The notes: generated from the sequence alone by a model not told the origin. 64,000 nucleotides of DNA from Phaeosaccion multiseriatum (GCA_965112735.1 OZ218953.1:4960001-5024000), one strand, 5' to 3'; shown: positions 10,181 to 23,671, numbered from the stretch's first letter. Program-made: numbers and translations.

Positions 10181-13100
10181 TTATGTGTAAGGCAGCACGT
10201 AATCTCTTCCTGCCACCGCCTCCTGCTGCGTCTCGTACCCGAAGGGCTCGGTGGCATTGCCGTACTCTCCCTCGTACTCCTCTTGCAGGCTGCTGTCAAA
10301 GGCAAGGTCTCTCGTGCCTCCCGGACCACCATAGCCGCCTTCATAGCCTTCATAGCCTTCATATCCTTCGCCTTCGTCGCCTTCGTAGCTGCTGACCCCC
10401 TCCTCCCCATGCCCTGATGGTCCTGCGCTACCTTCGCCTCCCTCGTCCAAGGCGGCAGTGTCGGCGGCAGAGTCGCTGCCCCCGGTGTCTTCAGGAGCCG
10501 CTACCTGCGTTGTGAGCAAGTCAGTTAGTAGGAGTAAAAAAAAGAGGGGGGGGGGTTCCCAATGCACACAACGCAGCTTCAATTGGTTCCTCTACTATAC
10601 TCGTATCAAGTTTGAGTTCAAGTTCGTTCGTCTAGCCACGGAGGGACAGACACAAGAAATCCGCCCTGGCCTCGGCACTTTGGGTATATTTTCTCTCGAT
10701 AGCCTGACGCTTGACACTTGACGCTTGACATATGACGCATGACACATACACACCATGTGAGGTGGAGGGATGGCCACCATATCCGGTAACTGTTCGAGCT
10801 TGGCCCCGTCCTCGCGCAGCAAGAGAGCGCACTTGTTGGTGAGATGACCAGGGACTTGCTTGAAGGTCAGGGGCAAGGGGTCGAGGAACATTCCCTCCCC
10901 AAAGTGGCGCTGGCGATAGCAGTCTTGGCAGTAGAAGGCTCGGTCCACGTTGCACCGGCGCTGTTCATGACAAGCGCAAGCACATTTGAGGACAAGCAAA
11001 CCAATCAGAGGAATGTCAGAATGAATGCAGCTACGGGGATACAGAGCAGCAGAGTCCTATTCGACCTTCACTCCTCCATCGCTTGCCATCTGACAGCCAC
11101 TCGCTTCGCCTTTCTTCTCTCGCTCGCCCTCTCTTCCTCACCTCTGCGAAGCGGGGGCACTGCGCTGGGTTGTCCACCGAGCAAAAGATGCATCTGAAGG
11201 GGAGGGTGGAGAGGGCAGGGAACAGACACAGGCAGATACCAGGCGGGCGTGGGTATGTACACGCAGGGAAAGGGCATGGAGTGTGAGGGTGTGTATGAGG
11301 CACGGGAGAGGGAAGCAAGGCAAGTAAACACAAGAACAGGGTCAGCCGAGGGGAGGCAAACACAAGAGAAGAGAAGAGTGAGGAAAGGAAAGCCCACAAG
11401 AGCAGCCTCAGTCACTCCCTCACTCAATCACTCACTCACTCAATCAATCACTCACTCACTCACTCACTCACTCACTCAATATATTCACTCACTCACTTAC
11501 TCACTCACTCACTCACTCACTCACTTACCCACCCACCCACTCACCCACCCACTCACCCACCCACACACTCACTCGCTCCCTCACTCACTTACCCCTCCGG
11601 CTGCTCCCATTCCATCTCGAACGTGGCTGGGTTGTAGTAGTATGGCAACCCGTAGGATCCAAACATGAGCACCCACTGATCCTCCGGCGCTACATCGAAC
11701 CCCCCCAATCCCGTTGGCTTGTGCCAGAGGGTGGTGCCGATGATGGTATTCTCGTAAAAGTAGGCGCCTGCCTCCGCGTCGAAACGTTTGAGGTAGATCT
11801 TTTGTGCTCTCCGTCGCACCTCTCGGTTGGCACTCCACGTGTGGTACATGCGTTGTATTGTTCGAGTGGCGCTGTCGATGTGTGTCTGGTGGGAAAGGAG
11901 GAGAGAGAGTGAGGGGGGGGGGGAGAGAGAGAAGGAGATAGAGAGGATGGGGGAAGAAGAAAAGAGAGAGAGGACGTAAGACAGCGTGTGTGTGGTGTAG
12001 CGGGACGGAAGACGGGGAGGGGAGGAGAAGAGGAGGAGGAGCAGCAGCAGCAGCAGGAGATAGAAAGAGGAGGACATTCAGTCGAGCAGAGACGGAGGTA
12101 CGCAGCACGCACCAGCCGGAAAGCTTCTTGCTTCCTCTCCTGCTCCTCCCGCACAAGCCTTTTTTCCTCCTCGTACTTTTCCGCAGCCGCCCGCATCTCC
12201 TCCTTGACAAGAAGCTTCTCTTCCTCCATATATTCCAAATAGACGCCCTGCAGAGCAATCTTCTCGGCCTCGTTCCATTCCAGCATGGCGCCTTGCTCAT
12301 CCCCAAGCTTCATTACCCCCTTGGACTTTTCCTTCATCCTGTGAGGGAGGGAGGATTGCAGTGAGGAAGAGCGAAGTGCATGCTCCTTCTGTCTCCTCCC
12401 CCACCACCCACAAACAGACCTCTCTTTCCTTCCTTCCTTCCTTCCTTCCTTCCTTTCCATCCTTTCCTTGGGGCACGCACGCACGCACGAATGAACGCAC
12501 TCACGCACTCACCTCTTCATCAACTCCGCCTTGAGGTCTTTCTCAGGCTTGGTTTGAGCACATTGCACAATGTTCTGAAGGTACGCTCTCTTCTCCTCCG
12601 CCCTCAGGTCGGCCTTGACACTCCAGTCCCTGAGCCACTGCTCCACACGCATCTCTTCGGACCTCTCTAAAGCGCTCTGGAGGCGCTGCTTCTTCTTCTC
12701 CCTCTCGGACGTCTCTTGCCTCCTTTGCAGGCGGATGAGCTACGGAGGGAGTGAAGGGCGTGGAAGTAGTGCCATGGTGCAGAGGAGTGGAGTAAGAGTG
12801 CATACCAAAGCGGATGGGGATGGGAGGTTGGACGGGTCAAAACACAGACTTATGCAATACCATTCACCATCATGCATATGCCAACTGAGAGAGGGAGGGC
12901 GAGAGGGAGAGAGAGACAGAGAGAGAGACAGAGGGAGAGACAGAGAGAGGGCGAGAGAGCGAGAGCGAGAGCGCGAGCGCGAGAGAGTAATCCTATCAAT
13001 GGCATCCGCTGACACGAATCTTAGGACGGCCCATACTAACCTTATACTTCTCGTCAATGGTGTGCTTATCGGAGCGAGTCTCTTGGAGATGCTTCTCCTT

Positions 13101-16100
13101 GCGCTGCACATACCATTCCTTCAGCTCCTGCTTGTACACCTCCTTTTCTCTCTCGTGCCGAATGTCCATGACTTCCATCTCCTTCTCGAGTCGTGCTTTG
13201 AGCACCATGGCGTCCTTCTGGTGCACGTAGTGGCGTCGGGCTTGGCGGCCCCTCCAAAGGGTTTGTATCTTCACCGCGGCCATCTGTGAGCGGACAACCA
13301 ACGGACAGCCAATGGACAGCGAATGGACGAGCAATCACAGCGTATCACACGATATGACGCCCCAGGGGAGGAGAGGAGAGAAAGAGGTGAGGGGGGGGAG
13401 GGGGCGGACTCGAAGGAGAAGCAAAGCAAAAGAAAACAAGCATTATCCCCTGTCGCCTTCGAGAGTGAAGAGCGTGCTACTGCTGCGACCCTCTACCGCT
13501 GCCTCTCTCGCCCCTCCCTCCTCCTCTTCTTCACCCCACCCACGACAAGAACGGCGACACAGACGAGACACGACAATACATAGGCAAAGGCGAGTTCGAT
13601 CTCCACCCCACCCGCACAACCTCTGCTACTGCCTCTCTCGCCCTCCCTCCTCCTCTCCTCTCCTCCTCTCCTCCTCTACACCCCACCCCACCCCACCCCA
13701 CCCCACCCACATGAGAACGACAACGTACATTCGCAAAGGCCAGCTCGATCTCCACCGACTCCGCGTCGAGCTCTCTCATGACTCTGTCGAACTTCTTCTC
13801 CAGCAGTCGTGCGGTCCTCCTCCTGGCGAGGAAGCCCCTCATGATGCGTTGAATCTCAGCCGCTCCCCAGTCTCTGCGGTGTGCCCAGCTCAGGAACTGT
13901 CTCCTCTGAGAGAGGCCGCGCCACATTGCCTGCAACTTCACTCTCGGAGGGAGGGAGGGAGGGGAGGGAGGAGGGGAGGGAGAGAGAGAGAGGGGGGCGG
14001 AGGGAGGGGCAGAGGGAGGAAGGGAGGGAAAGCGGGAGGGAGGGAGGGAAAGTGGGAGGGAGGAGGGGAGGGAGAGAGAGAGGAGGGGAGGAAGGAAGGA
14101 AGGAAGGAAGCAGGGGCGTCGGGACTGGCGGTTAGAGAGGGTGGCCCCTTGTACGCACATGTACACGTACACAGTCTCTTCCTCTCTCTCCCTCGCCGGT
14201 CTCTCTCTCTCTCTCTCCCTCTCCCTCTCTCTGTCTCTCTCTTTCTCTCTCTGTCTCTCTCCTTCTCTCTCTCCCGGGCACGGGCGTAACAAAGAGGTCA
14301 GAGGACTGCCTTTGCTCTCCTTTTTTTGCCTTTTGCTCTGCTTCCCCAGAATGCTTTGGCTTTGCTTTCGCTTTGCGTTGCTTTGTTTCTTGCTTTGCTG
14401 CCCTTGGCTGGACCTTTGCTGGGCCTTCGCTGGCCCTTTACTGGCCCGCGTTTCCCCTGGGTACCGCGAGGCCCCCCCACCCCACACGCGCTTGCAACCC
14501 CACCCCCCTCCTCTCCTCTCCATTCTTCCCATTCTTCCCATCCTCCCCTCCTCTCCATTCTTCCCATCCCTCCCCTCCTCACCCGCGTCACCCTCCGTGT
14601 CAGAGAGCGAAGGAAGCGGGCCTCACCGCGAGCGAAGTACCCCCTGGGTTGAGGTTGAAGTTGGGGTTGGGGTGGAAGGACGGACGGACGGACGGAAGGA
14701 AGGAAGGAAGGAAGGAACGAAGGAAGGAAGGAAGGAAGAAAATAGGGAGATGAGGGCAGCTTAGAGACGAAGTCGGTGGTTGTTTACTCAAAAAGAAACG
14801 TGTCCAAGCTCAGCCGCTCACTCGCCCCCCCGCCGCCTCCCTTCGTCCTACTGCACTCCTCTTCACTTCGCTCCAAAGCCCCTTCGAGCGCACACTGCCG
14901 TACACTGCCATCCCCTACGACACGTTAACATGAGTGTCCTTTCGTGCGTACCGAAACACCCTCTGGACATGTTCTGCGGCCACGTGGAGCATGGTCAGTC
15001 GTCTCCAGCCGAAGAAGCCCGATACGGTACTGCCCGTGAGGAACCGGGAAGCGACGGTGGTCATGAGAAGTCGGGCTCTGTTCCTTCTCGCCAAGAAGAG
15101 CTTCCATCCGCGCATGTTGAGACGAAGCGTCCTCTCGCGCTGCTTCTGCATGAACTCGTACGTCTCTCTAACGGAGGAAGAGAGGGAGAGAGAGTGAGAG
15201 AGAGAGAGAGGAGAGAGTGTGTGAGTGAGACAGAGAAGAGAGAGCGTGTGTGGCGCGTGTGTGTATGAGTGAGAGAGAGGGATGGGGGGGGGGAGTGGGA
15301 GGGCGAGAGAGAGGGAGAGCGAGGTAGAAAGAAAGGGAGGGTGAGTGTAAAAACAGCATACACAAGAGTCAGTCAAAGGTCCCCGTGATGGACACCCAAC
15401 ACGCATAGAGCTAGCAAAAGGCATCCGTCGGGTTCCCGTATTGAGAGAGGGCCCCTTCTCGCTCTCCTCCCTCTCCTCCCTCGACCCACCCACCTCACTC
15501 CACCCCACCCGCACCCCACCCGCATCATCCGACCCTCCGCACCATCACACCTACCCCAACTCCACCCCCCACCCCGCACCGCGCACTACTGTACCTGTCG
15601 TTTCTCATCTCTCTTCTCCGTCCCATGAGGAGCGCCAAGAGCCTCTCATTGACATACTCCTCTTCGAAGCGGTAGGTCCAGACGCGACGATCCCGCCAGC
15701 CGAAGTTTCGGGCCGGAAACGACATTGTTCGAAAATCGGTACTGTTCAGCATCTGTTCAAGGAGGGGGGAGGGAGGGAGGGAGGGAGGGATGGAGGGGGG
15801 GGGGGGGGACGGAGGGGGGGGGGGGGGAGGGGAGAGGGAGGGGGGGAGGGAAGGAGGAAGGAAGGGAGGGGGGGAGGGAAGGAGGAAGGAAGGGAGGGGG
15901 GGAGAGAGAGAGGGAGGGAGGGAGGGAGGGAGGGAGGGAGGGAGGGAGGGAGGGAGGGAGGGAGGGAGGGAGGCGGGGTGAGGGGAGGGGGGAGGGAGGG
16001 GGGAGAGAAGGAGGAAGGAAGGAAGGAAGGAAGGAAGGAAGGAAGGAAGGAAGGAAGGAAGGAAGGAAGGAAGGAAGGAAGGAAGGAAGGAAGGAAGGAA

Positions 16101-16408
16101 GGGAGGAAGGAAGGAAGGAAGGAAGGAAGGAAGGAAGGAAGGGAGGGAGGGAGGGGTGGGGCAGTGAGTGCCTCCACACTGCTGCCTGTGAGTACCAGGG
16201 GAGGGAGCGAGCATGTGTAGAAGGCAGCGGAAGGCATTGGAAGGCAGTGGAAGGCAGCAGCAGGATGGGCATGCACACACCCCTTACCTTCTCAAACAGC
16301 CGCAAGGAGATCTGAGGAGGGGGGTGAGCACAAGGGACAAGAGGAGGTGCGATACACACGAGACAGGGCACAAAGGAAGGAAACAACAACAACAACAACA
16401 ACAACAAC

Positions 16409-16480
<72 letters not shown>

Positions 16481-18718
16481 CGACGACGACAACAGCCAAC
16501 GCGAGGTTTTAGCTTTCAGCACGAGAGAAGGAGGACCAGATACAAGACAGTCTGCAATTTTCAGCTTATGGAAGGAGCTTATGAATATCGAATACACATA
16601 AACGACACGGGGGCAGAAAGAGAGGCTGGACAGAGCTCTGGTCTCAAGGTCTTGGAGTTACTCATCAGCAATAGTGTGGAGTGAGAATGGACAGAGCTCT
16701 GCCAAAGGGTCTTGGGGATGGCTTCAACCCCCTCCTACTCCAATATAGGAAAGCAAGGCGAGAGAAAGCAAGACAAGACGCTCTTCCCCCCAACCCCCAC
16801 CTTTCCCCCCCCCCCCCCCCCCTTACCTTGATGTCCATCAAATGCACATTCCTCTTGCTCGCGTTTTGAACGAGTCTGTTCGCCTCCACGTTGGCATCGA
16901 CAACCTCCAGCCACACGCTTTCGAATAAGTCATTGACGCGTTGACGCTTCTCGTATCTGAGGGAGGGTGGAAGGAGAGGAGGAGAGTGAGGAGAGAGCGA
17001 GAGAGAGAATGAGAGGGACAGAGAGAAGGAGGAGAGAGAGAGGGAAGAGAAGAGAGAGAGAGGGAGAGAGAGAGAGGAGAGAGGAGAGGAGTTCCCTTCC
17101 TTGACTCACTTGACCATGCTCAGCAACATTTCCTTGAGGTCCCTTAGCCTCACAGAGTCTTCGCAACTCTTGTCAAAGCTTCCTTCGCTGCCGTAGATGG
17201 CGAAGCCCCACCTGCCATCACCACGACGCCAGTAGAACGCCAGTATGACGCCAGTGATGAGTTGTGAGTTATGAAAACGAATACAAGCGTGATGAGAGTG
17301 CAGAGAAGAAGAATGAGAGAAGAAGAATGCAAGCGCGATGGGGGGGACACGGCGCTAGCTTGGCCCGCTCTCCGTCTTTGGTCCCTTCCCTCCCTCCCTC
17401 CCTCCCTCCCTCCTCCTTCCTTCCTTCCCCCCTTCCTTCCTTCCTTCCTTCCTTCCTTCCTCCTCTCCCTCCCTCCTTCCCTCCCTCCCTTCTTCGAAGA
17501 CCCCTCTGTAGCGAACGTTTCAAGAGAGAGACAGAGGAGAGTGCGCACCTCAGGTTCTCATCGAGCCTCTGCTGCGCATCCATGGTCACCCTAAGCATGA
17601 AGAGCATTCCCCTCCAATCGAGCTCGTTCCGGTTGAGTGGGTCAAAGGCGTCGAACACCTTGTTGAGGCGATGGAGTGTCTCCGTGCTGTCTGTTTGTTG
17701 TGATTTATCCATCCGCGTCATATCGTCGCATTGGTGCATCGGTTACGGAAGAGAGAGATTGGGGGGGGGTGGGGGGGGGCAGGCAGGACGGAGGGGAGGG
17801 AAGGAGGGAAGGGGGGAAAGAAGGATCCTCAATGAGACTTAAGACAGCAGACGGCAGGCGGCAAGAAGGACAGTCCTTGGGTCGAGATAAGACCCGCCAA
17901 GTAAGCAGAGCCAAGTAAGTAGACGGCTTCTCTCAAAGCTAATGTCAATGTCGGTGCTGCTACTCTTGCCCTGACAGTTGCATGTACATTCTTGCGAAGG
18001 ACCAACACCCCCACCCCCCTTCCTTGCCCAATAGCATCATTCGCTTGCATCTCATCTCCTCCTCATCCAACACGCGATTGTCGCGATCGCGTCCACCGCC
18101 TGTCTATATGAATAGAGACGAACTGGACTCTAGGGTGGACATCATCTGATGTGGGTGGGTGGGTGGGTGGGCCCCCCTCCGCTCGCAGAAAATAAGGAAC
18201 TTGCCTCTGACGACTCCGTTCTGCTGAGCATTGTCCGTAGCCCGGTCCACGCTAAAGCCGCACACGATTCGCATGACGGTGATGAAACGCGCCCTCTCTA
18301 TGAAGAGGCGAGGCTCCGCTTTGAAGATTTGCTCGTACAAGGCTCCATCCTCTCCTGCCAGTCTGTGCAAGAGGACACACACATACACACAGACACACAC
18401 ACACACGCACACACACAGAGAGAGACAGACACAGAAACACACACACGCACACACACAGAGAGAGACAGACACAGAAACACACACACGCACACACACAGAG
18501 AGAGACAGACACAGAAACACACACACGCACACACACAGAGAGAGACAGACACAGAAACACACACACGCAAAAAAGGGCCGTTGCGCAGTGTGGGGTGGTG
18601 CTGGGGTTAGGGTTAGGGTTAGGGGGAATGCGATAAGGAAGGAAGGTGCATTCACAAGATAAGGACACAGTGTGCACAATCCACAAAGCACGAAAGAAAG
18701 AAAGAAAGAAAGAAAAAA

Positions 18719-18794
<76 letters not shown>

Positions 18795-19925
18795 AACGGA
18801 AAGGGAAAAGGACAAAACAGTTGTAGGAGGAACTCTTTGTGAAGGAGCCCTCCTCTTCGGCGTCATCCCCCTTCTCGAAGAGAGCAAGCAGTATACATGC
18901 GGGGCCTGTCTGTGACAGGATTCAGCAACAGCAAAGTGCACAAGCAAGCAAGCAAGGAAGCAAGCACGCCACTGCAGGAAGGAACGCCCTGCTAGACTTG
19001 ACACCCCCCCCCCTGTAATGAGGAATCACGTCTTGTTACATCACACGTACTGCAGTTGAGGGCTGCCCAGCGGTCGGTCCTCCTGCATCATTCTCTGCAG
19101 CATAAAAAGCATGTCCCAGCGCTGCGTGTAGCGCTCTTCCTCGAGCTTGGCCTTTCTGTAGGCGTAGTCTGTAAATGACGTTTCCAGCTCGTCCGTCGTG
19201 TAGCCTCGCTTCTTTTGCGTGTAGGAAAAGTCATAGCTACCGACCGCACGTAGGGCGGGGAAAGGAGCAGGGCAAGGAGAGGAGAGGAGAAGAAAAAGGA
19301 AGCGTAATCTTCGGTTAGATGGGCTGATCGGAAGAGAAGGGAAGAAAGAGCGAGGGCGCAAGGACCAAACTGGGGACTGATTTCTCCGTATCAAGGCTAT
19401 GCCAATGCAGTACTATGACATCACCAGCACTACCACCACTCCATAATCGAAAGACCCCCAGGCGTCAATGGTACTTATGAAAAAAAGGAGAAGGAAGCGA
19501 AAACAGGGCGATGCCTGCCAGATCTCACTCACGCACCTTTGCTCTGCCATACGCGCTCCAATCTCACTCGTGTTCCATCTTTTCCTTGGATTCTCTCCCC
19601 CTGCCCCGCCCCCCCTACCGCTACCGGCACCACTTGCCAATACGAACATTTCGTTTCGAACAATCTCCGCCAGCTCCACGTCTGTATGGGGAGCATCCTT
19701 TTTCTTGCGGTACACGAGGCTGCTGTGACCAGGGCCGAAGACATACGCCGCAACAGGGGCGTCATTCGCTGGCTTTCGACTGTCTCCCCTGATTTGGCTG
19801 CGTCTCTCGCTGTATCTACCGTTGTTGCCCACGCTTTTGCTCGTCTTCAGGCCCAGAAAGGATGTTTTTGGGTTCGTCCCCCTTCCGGCCTCATTGACCA
19901 GAGGAAACAGCATGCCCGCCTCCAT
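10181..19925 (-). CDS. Large multi-exon protein: EF-hand-like region, several IQ motifs, coiled coil, two WW domains, B-box-like zinc finger, acidic Tyr/Gly tail
   Basis: Exons encode [19 protein letters not shown] (EF-like); VQRVFR|[36 protein letters not shown] and IQRMY (IQ); [16 protein letters not shown] and [15 protein letters not shown] (WW); [19 protein letters not shown] (B-box-like). The first in-frame ATG is at 19925. Several internal junctions are unresolved. Confidence 0.8.
11410..11590. repeat. (TCAC)n/(CCAC)n tract, reading (GTGA)n on the transcribed strand
   Basis: Direct reading; starts immediately after the donor of the WW exon. Confidence 0.9.
15761..16160. repeat. About 400-bp nearly pure homopurine (GGGA)n/(GGAA)n tract, intronic
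   Basis: Direct reading. Confidence 0.95.
16381..16495. repeat. (AAC)n microsatellite, intronic
   Basis: Direct reading. Confidence 0.95.
18375..18796. repeat. Compound CA/GA minisatellite (about 40-bp unit, about 4 copies) followed by (GAAA)n, intronic
   Basis: ACACACACACGCACACACACAGAGAGAGACAGACACAGAA is repeated to about 18568; (GAAA)n spans 18692-18796. Confidence 0.9.
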
Positions 19926-20081
19926 CCGCGTAACCGTAGAGACTTGCTGTCTCACGTAGGTAGAGGGAGCATCAACCACGTGGGGAAGGAGGGCTCCCCC
20001 ATTAAAAAAAAAGTAGGGCGTTTCTCAAGTACACGCGTTGGTTCGCCACGTACGCAGTCGCCAATATTTTAAAATTGAATT

Positions 20082-22655
20082 TTAAGGCTTCGGGCGGTAA
20101 TACGGCCTGGTGGGCAGCCAATTCTTCTTGAACCACTGCACCGTGTCCGGCCAGCCCTGTTCAAAGGGCACAATTGGCTCATAGAGCAGGTCCGTCTTGG
20201 CGGCCTCGATGTTGAACCAGCGGTGGATCGTCAGCATCTTCACTGTGAAGTGATTCACCTGGCAGGTTAGTGTACCCGATTCGATTGAGCCAGGCAAGAG
20301 TAGAGGGTTACGACGAGTAGGAGTGTTAAGGCAGGCATTGGACCAGGGTAGCAGTGAGCGTAAGCCAGGCTGGGCAAGCCGGAGGCGAGGAGCTGCAAAG
20401 TGCCCATAGAGAGAGAGAAAGAGGGAGAGAGAGAGTGGAGGCGACGCGAACGAAGAAGTAGTGAGTGGTGGGTGTGGGCTGGGAAGCGTTCGAAAGGGAA
20501 AGTAAGGGGAAGCATAGACCCATGCCGGACCCACCCTGGGCGAAGAGCAGCCGGACGGGAACCAAAGCCAGAACGACACACAAGAGCGAGCGAGTTGCAC
20601 CCTCATCGTTCATGAATTGGCCCTTCTTCGTTCTGGTCGCACGTGTGGTCCTGTCTTTCCCTATCCTGCGCACTGTCCTCCCTCACCTTAAGCTTCCGTC
20701 CAAGGAAGAAGCCGATGACTTGGCACACATAGGCCACACACACCATGAGCATAGTGGGTAGCTTGACTTTGTCGAACAGGGATGTGAAGCCCATTTCCAC
20801 GCCCGCGTTGTCCAGGAGGTTCCAGAACAGTTGGTAACCGTCGTCCGTTACACTACCGGAGGGTGGGGTGTCCAGAGAGTGGGTGGGGGATATCAGGACA
20901 GTGGGTAGGGGAGCTCGTCAGAGTGTGTGTTGGGAGAGGGGGGAGGGATGTGGCACAAGAAAAGGCAACACCTCCTGAACACACATGGATGGACAAAGGG
21001 GGCATGCATACGGAGTGTCGGAGGAGGCGGTTCGCCACACCGCCATCGCCTTTTGGCCACAAGGGGCTCGCGTGGCACACTCCTCACCCCATTTCTCTCT
21101 TTCTTCTTTCCTCTTGCTCTGCTCTTACAACACGGCCCAGTTGCCCACCCACGCCCATGCCCACGCCACTGGTTCCTTCCATCAATGACTCGTACACTCT
21201 TGCCCATCCACATGTCCACCCCTTTGCCCACCCTCAATTGCCAATCCTGCGCCATATTTCAAGTACTTAAACAACGTGTGTAATATGCTTACATGTAGAA
21301 CTTGCCGAGCGCAGGCGAGCCCTTGTGTAGCGCTTTGAAGCCCAGCATGAGGCCGTGGCAGTAGTTGTCGACATGGCACACGCTTATTCGATTCTTGCCG
21401 TCTCCGAAGATGCGCAACTGCCCCTTGCCCTGCGAGTCGAGGAGGTTGGGCAGGAAGAGCATGTCTTTGGGGCCGTACACCTTGCGTGGTAGATTGGGAG
21501 GTAGATGAGTTGGGCCCAAGTCGAACAGCACAAGAGGTGGGGAGGGGCGTGAGGGGCGGGTCAGGGTCGTGGGCCGGACAGGAGCGTTCTCGTAGCAAGG
21601 TCAAAGGTCAGAGGGCAGAGGGCACAGGGCAGAGCAATCATCAAAATTCAGTCTTGTCCTGTTGTGCGTTTCGCTACGGGGGGACACAAACGTCGTACCT
21701 GGTGTGGGGCAATGGCCACGGTCATGAGTTCGTCGCAGCAGGCCGCAAGGATGGCCTTCTCGCCCAGTGCCTTGGTCTCTGCATAGTCCTCCAGGAAGGT
21801 GTCCGGGTACGGCAGCTCGGACTCCCTCTTGCCGTCAATGTCGCTGCCGTCGAAGCGCGTGCTTGGGCTTGAGGACATGACAATCTTCCCGACCTTGTAC
21901 TTCTTGGCGGCCTGAGATGAGGACAAAGGTGATCGACCAACAGACCGACCGATAGACCGAACAACCGACAGACCGAACGACAGAAGAGGAGCAGCGTCAG
22001 AAGAGAGCGTGCCTGCCTCTGCAATAACGTGCCTTTGCTTTCCTTGGGGTTCTGTCACTGTCACGCAGCCATACAGCTTGGGTGTGTTTCAACACTCACA
22101 TTGAGAACGTTCAGGCTGCCTTCGTAGTTAACCTTATAGTACAGCGCCTTTCTGTGAAAGGGCCCCACAAGGGCGGCAATATGCCAGATACAGTCGGCGC
22201 CTTCGCATGCCTTGTCCACGTCGTCGGGCTTCGTAAGGTCCCCCTGCACAAGTCCATAAGGGGACGCACCGAGAATGCGGGGGGGCGTTAGAGGAAAGTG
22301 GGGCAGAGCCGCGATTCGAAAGGAAGGCGTGGTGACGGCGCAGCGCGAGTGCATACCAAAAGAGTAATCCATTCGACCGTGCAGAGATTACTCTCTCCCC
22401 CATTCTCATTAACTGAAGCCCTTGCCTCTGCTCCTTCTCCCGCTCGCCTTCCCTTCCCTTCCCACTGAGACCTGAAGCTTCTCTCACCTGCATGTACACT
22501 ATCCGCGGGTCATCCCAGCCATCTTTAGGTTTGGGAGCAATGTCGAAGCTGACCACCCTCTTCACGCCTGCCTCCACCAGCATCTCCACCAGCCGCTGCC
22601 CAACAAAGCCTGAGCCGCCAGTCACGACAGCATTCACCCCTTCCAGCTCATACAT
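20082..22655 (-). CDS. 3-beta-hydroxysteroid dehydrogenase / sterol-4-alpha-carboxylate 3-dehydrogenase (NSDHL/ERG26-like SDR); about 6 exons
   Basis: NAD-binding VVTGGSGFVGQRLVEML; CIWHIAALVGP; VNYEGSLNVL; MSSSPS; catalytic YAETKALGE; APHQ|VYGPKD; IFGDGKN; HVDNYCHGL; RWFNIEAAKTDLLYEP. All junctions are in-phase GT-AG. Confidence 0.92.
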
Positions 22656-22792
22656 GGTCGTTTCGTCGATCTTCCACACGTCTTTTGTATTTTTTGCAGC
22701 ACGTTCCCCAACGAGGACCGAATTACCAACACGCCACCTTCCAAAATCTTGGAGGTAGAGGGGGAAGAGGAAAAAACAAGCAAGTCTCAAGT

Positions 22793-23156
22793 ATGGGGTC
22801 CTCTCAGTCGAAGAGTGAGGAGCACCCGGGGTCCTCTGAGTCGAAGAGTGAGGAGCACCCGTGTTCATTGCAGATGGAGCATTACATCAGGTGCGTGAGG
22901 AGGGCTCCTCGATGGCACTTATGTGAAATATATGGTTCCTCCCTTTCCTTCTTCGCCGCTTCTCTTTGTTTCTCACTGTCACGCTGCCCGTGGCCCGCCC
23001 CGCCCTCCTTCTGTCCATCGCAGCTGCGTGCAAGCCCATACCAATGGACTGAAGGAAGGCGACGAGTGCAGGGAAGAAGCTAACATATACCAAGAATGTC
23101 TGCGCAAGGCTGTACGCGAGAAGAAAGAGGCAGAAGACCAACGGGAGAAGAAGTGA
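22793..23156 (+). CDS. Small twin-CX9C (CHCH) mitochondrial intermembrane-space protein; exons 22793-22890 and 23024-23156
   Basis: MGSSQSKSEEHPGSSESKSEEHPCSLQMEHYI|SCVQAHTNGLKEGDECREEANIYQECLRKAVREKKEAEDQREKK*. Two exact C-X9-C motifs appear once the GT-AG intron is removed. Confidence 0.8.
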
Positions 23157-23671
23157 TAGTAAGCTGGCACCGGTGTGCCGCCTGAGGTCCAGGCAAAGCA
23201 CCAGAACTATGGAGCGACGAACTCAAGCTTGGGTTCGCTCCGTTGGCCCTGCTCTCGTCCAACGCTAGACTACGATGTGTCCACAGAAAGGCCCTCCCTC
23301 CCGATCTGACTGAAGGCACCGCCACGCCGAAGGTGCAGAGCGCTCCCACAAGGAGCGGGCACGTAACCCGTGAAGGCACCCCGTTCTTTATGGTGTGGTG
23401 AGACAATCAGTCCTCGTTCTTAGAGGTTTGCAGCTGACCCTGAAGGGTAAGGAAGGAACGGAGGCAGCGGCAGAGGCCGCGAGAGTGGTGCGAGCACAGA
23501 GAACGCTTCGCACTGTGTCGTTAGGCAAAGGGCGTATCTCTTCATGCACTCATTTATATGTGTGTTGCCACCCCTTCTTGACTCGTGGCAAAGAGCACTG
23601 AATGACTCGACTGATCAATTGCTAATTAGTGCCTGCTGCCCAAGTACTTTAAAGGGGGCGATTGGCTCCTT

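Noticed and set aside
15441-16601. Long ORFs rich in GREG, PSFL, poly-N or poly-V
   Set aside because: Stop-free translations of intronic microsatellites, like most entries in the ORF track.
18604-18624. Telomere-like GGG(TTAGGG)3
   Set aside because: Only three units, inside a repeat-rich intron; no sign of a chromosome end or fusion.
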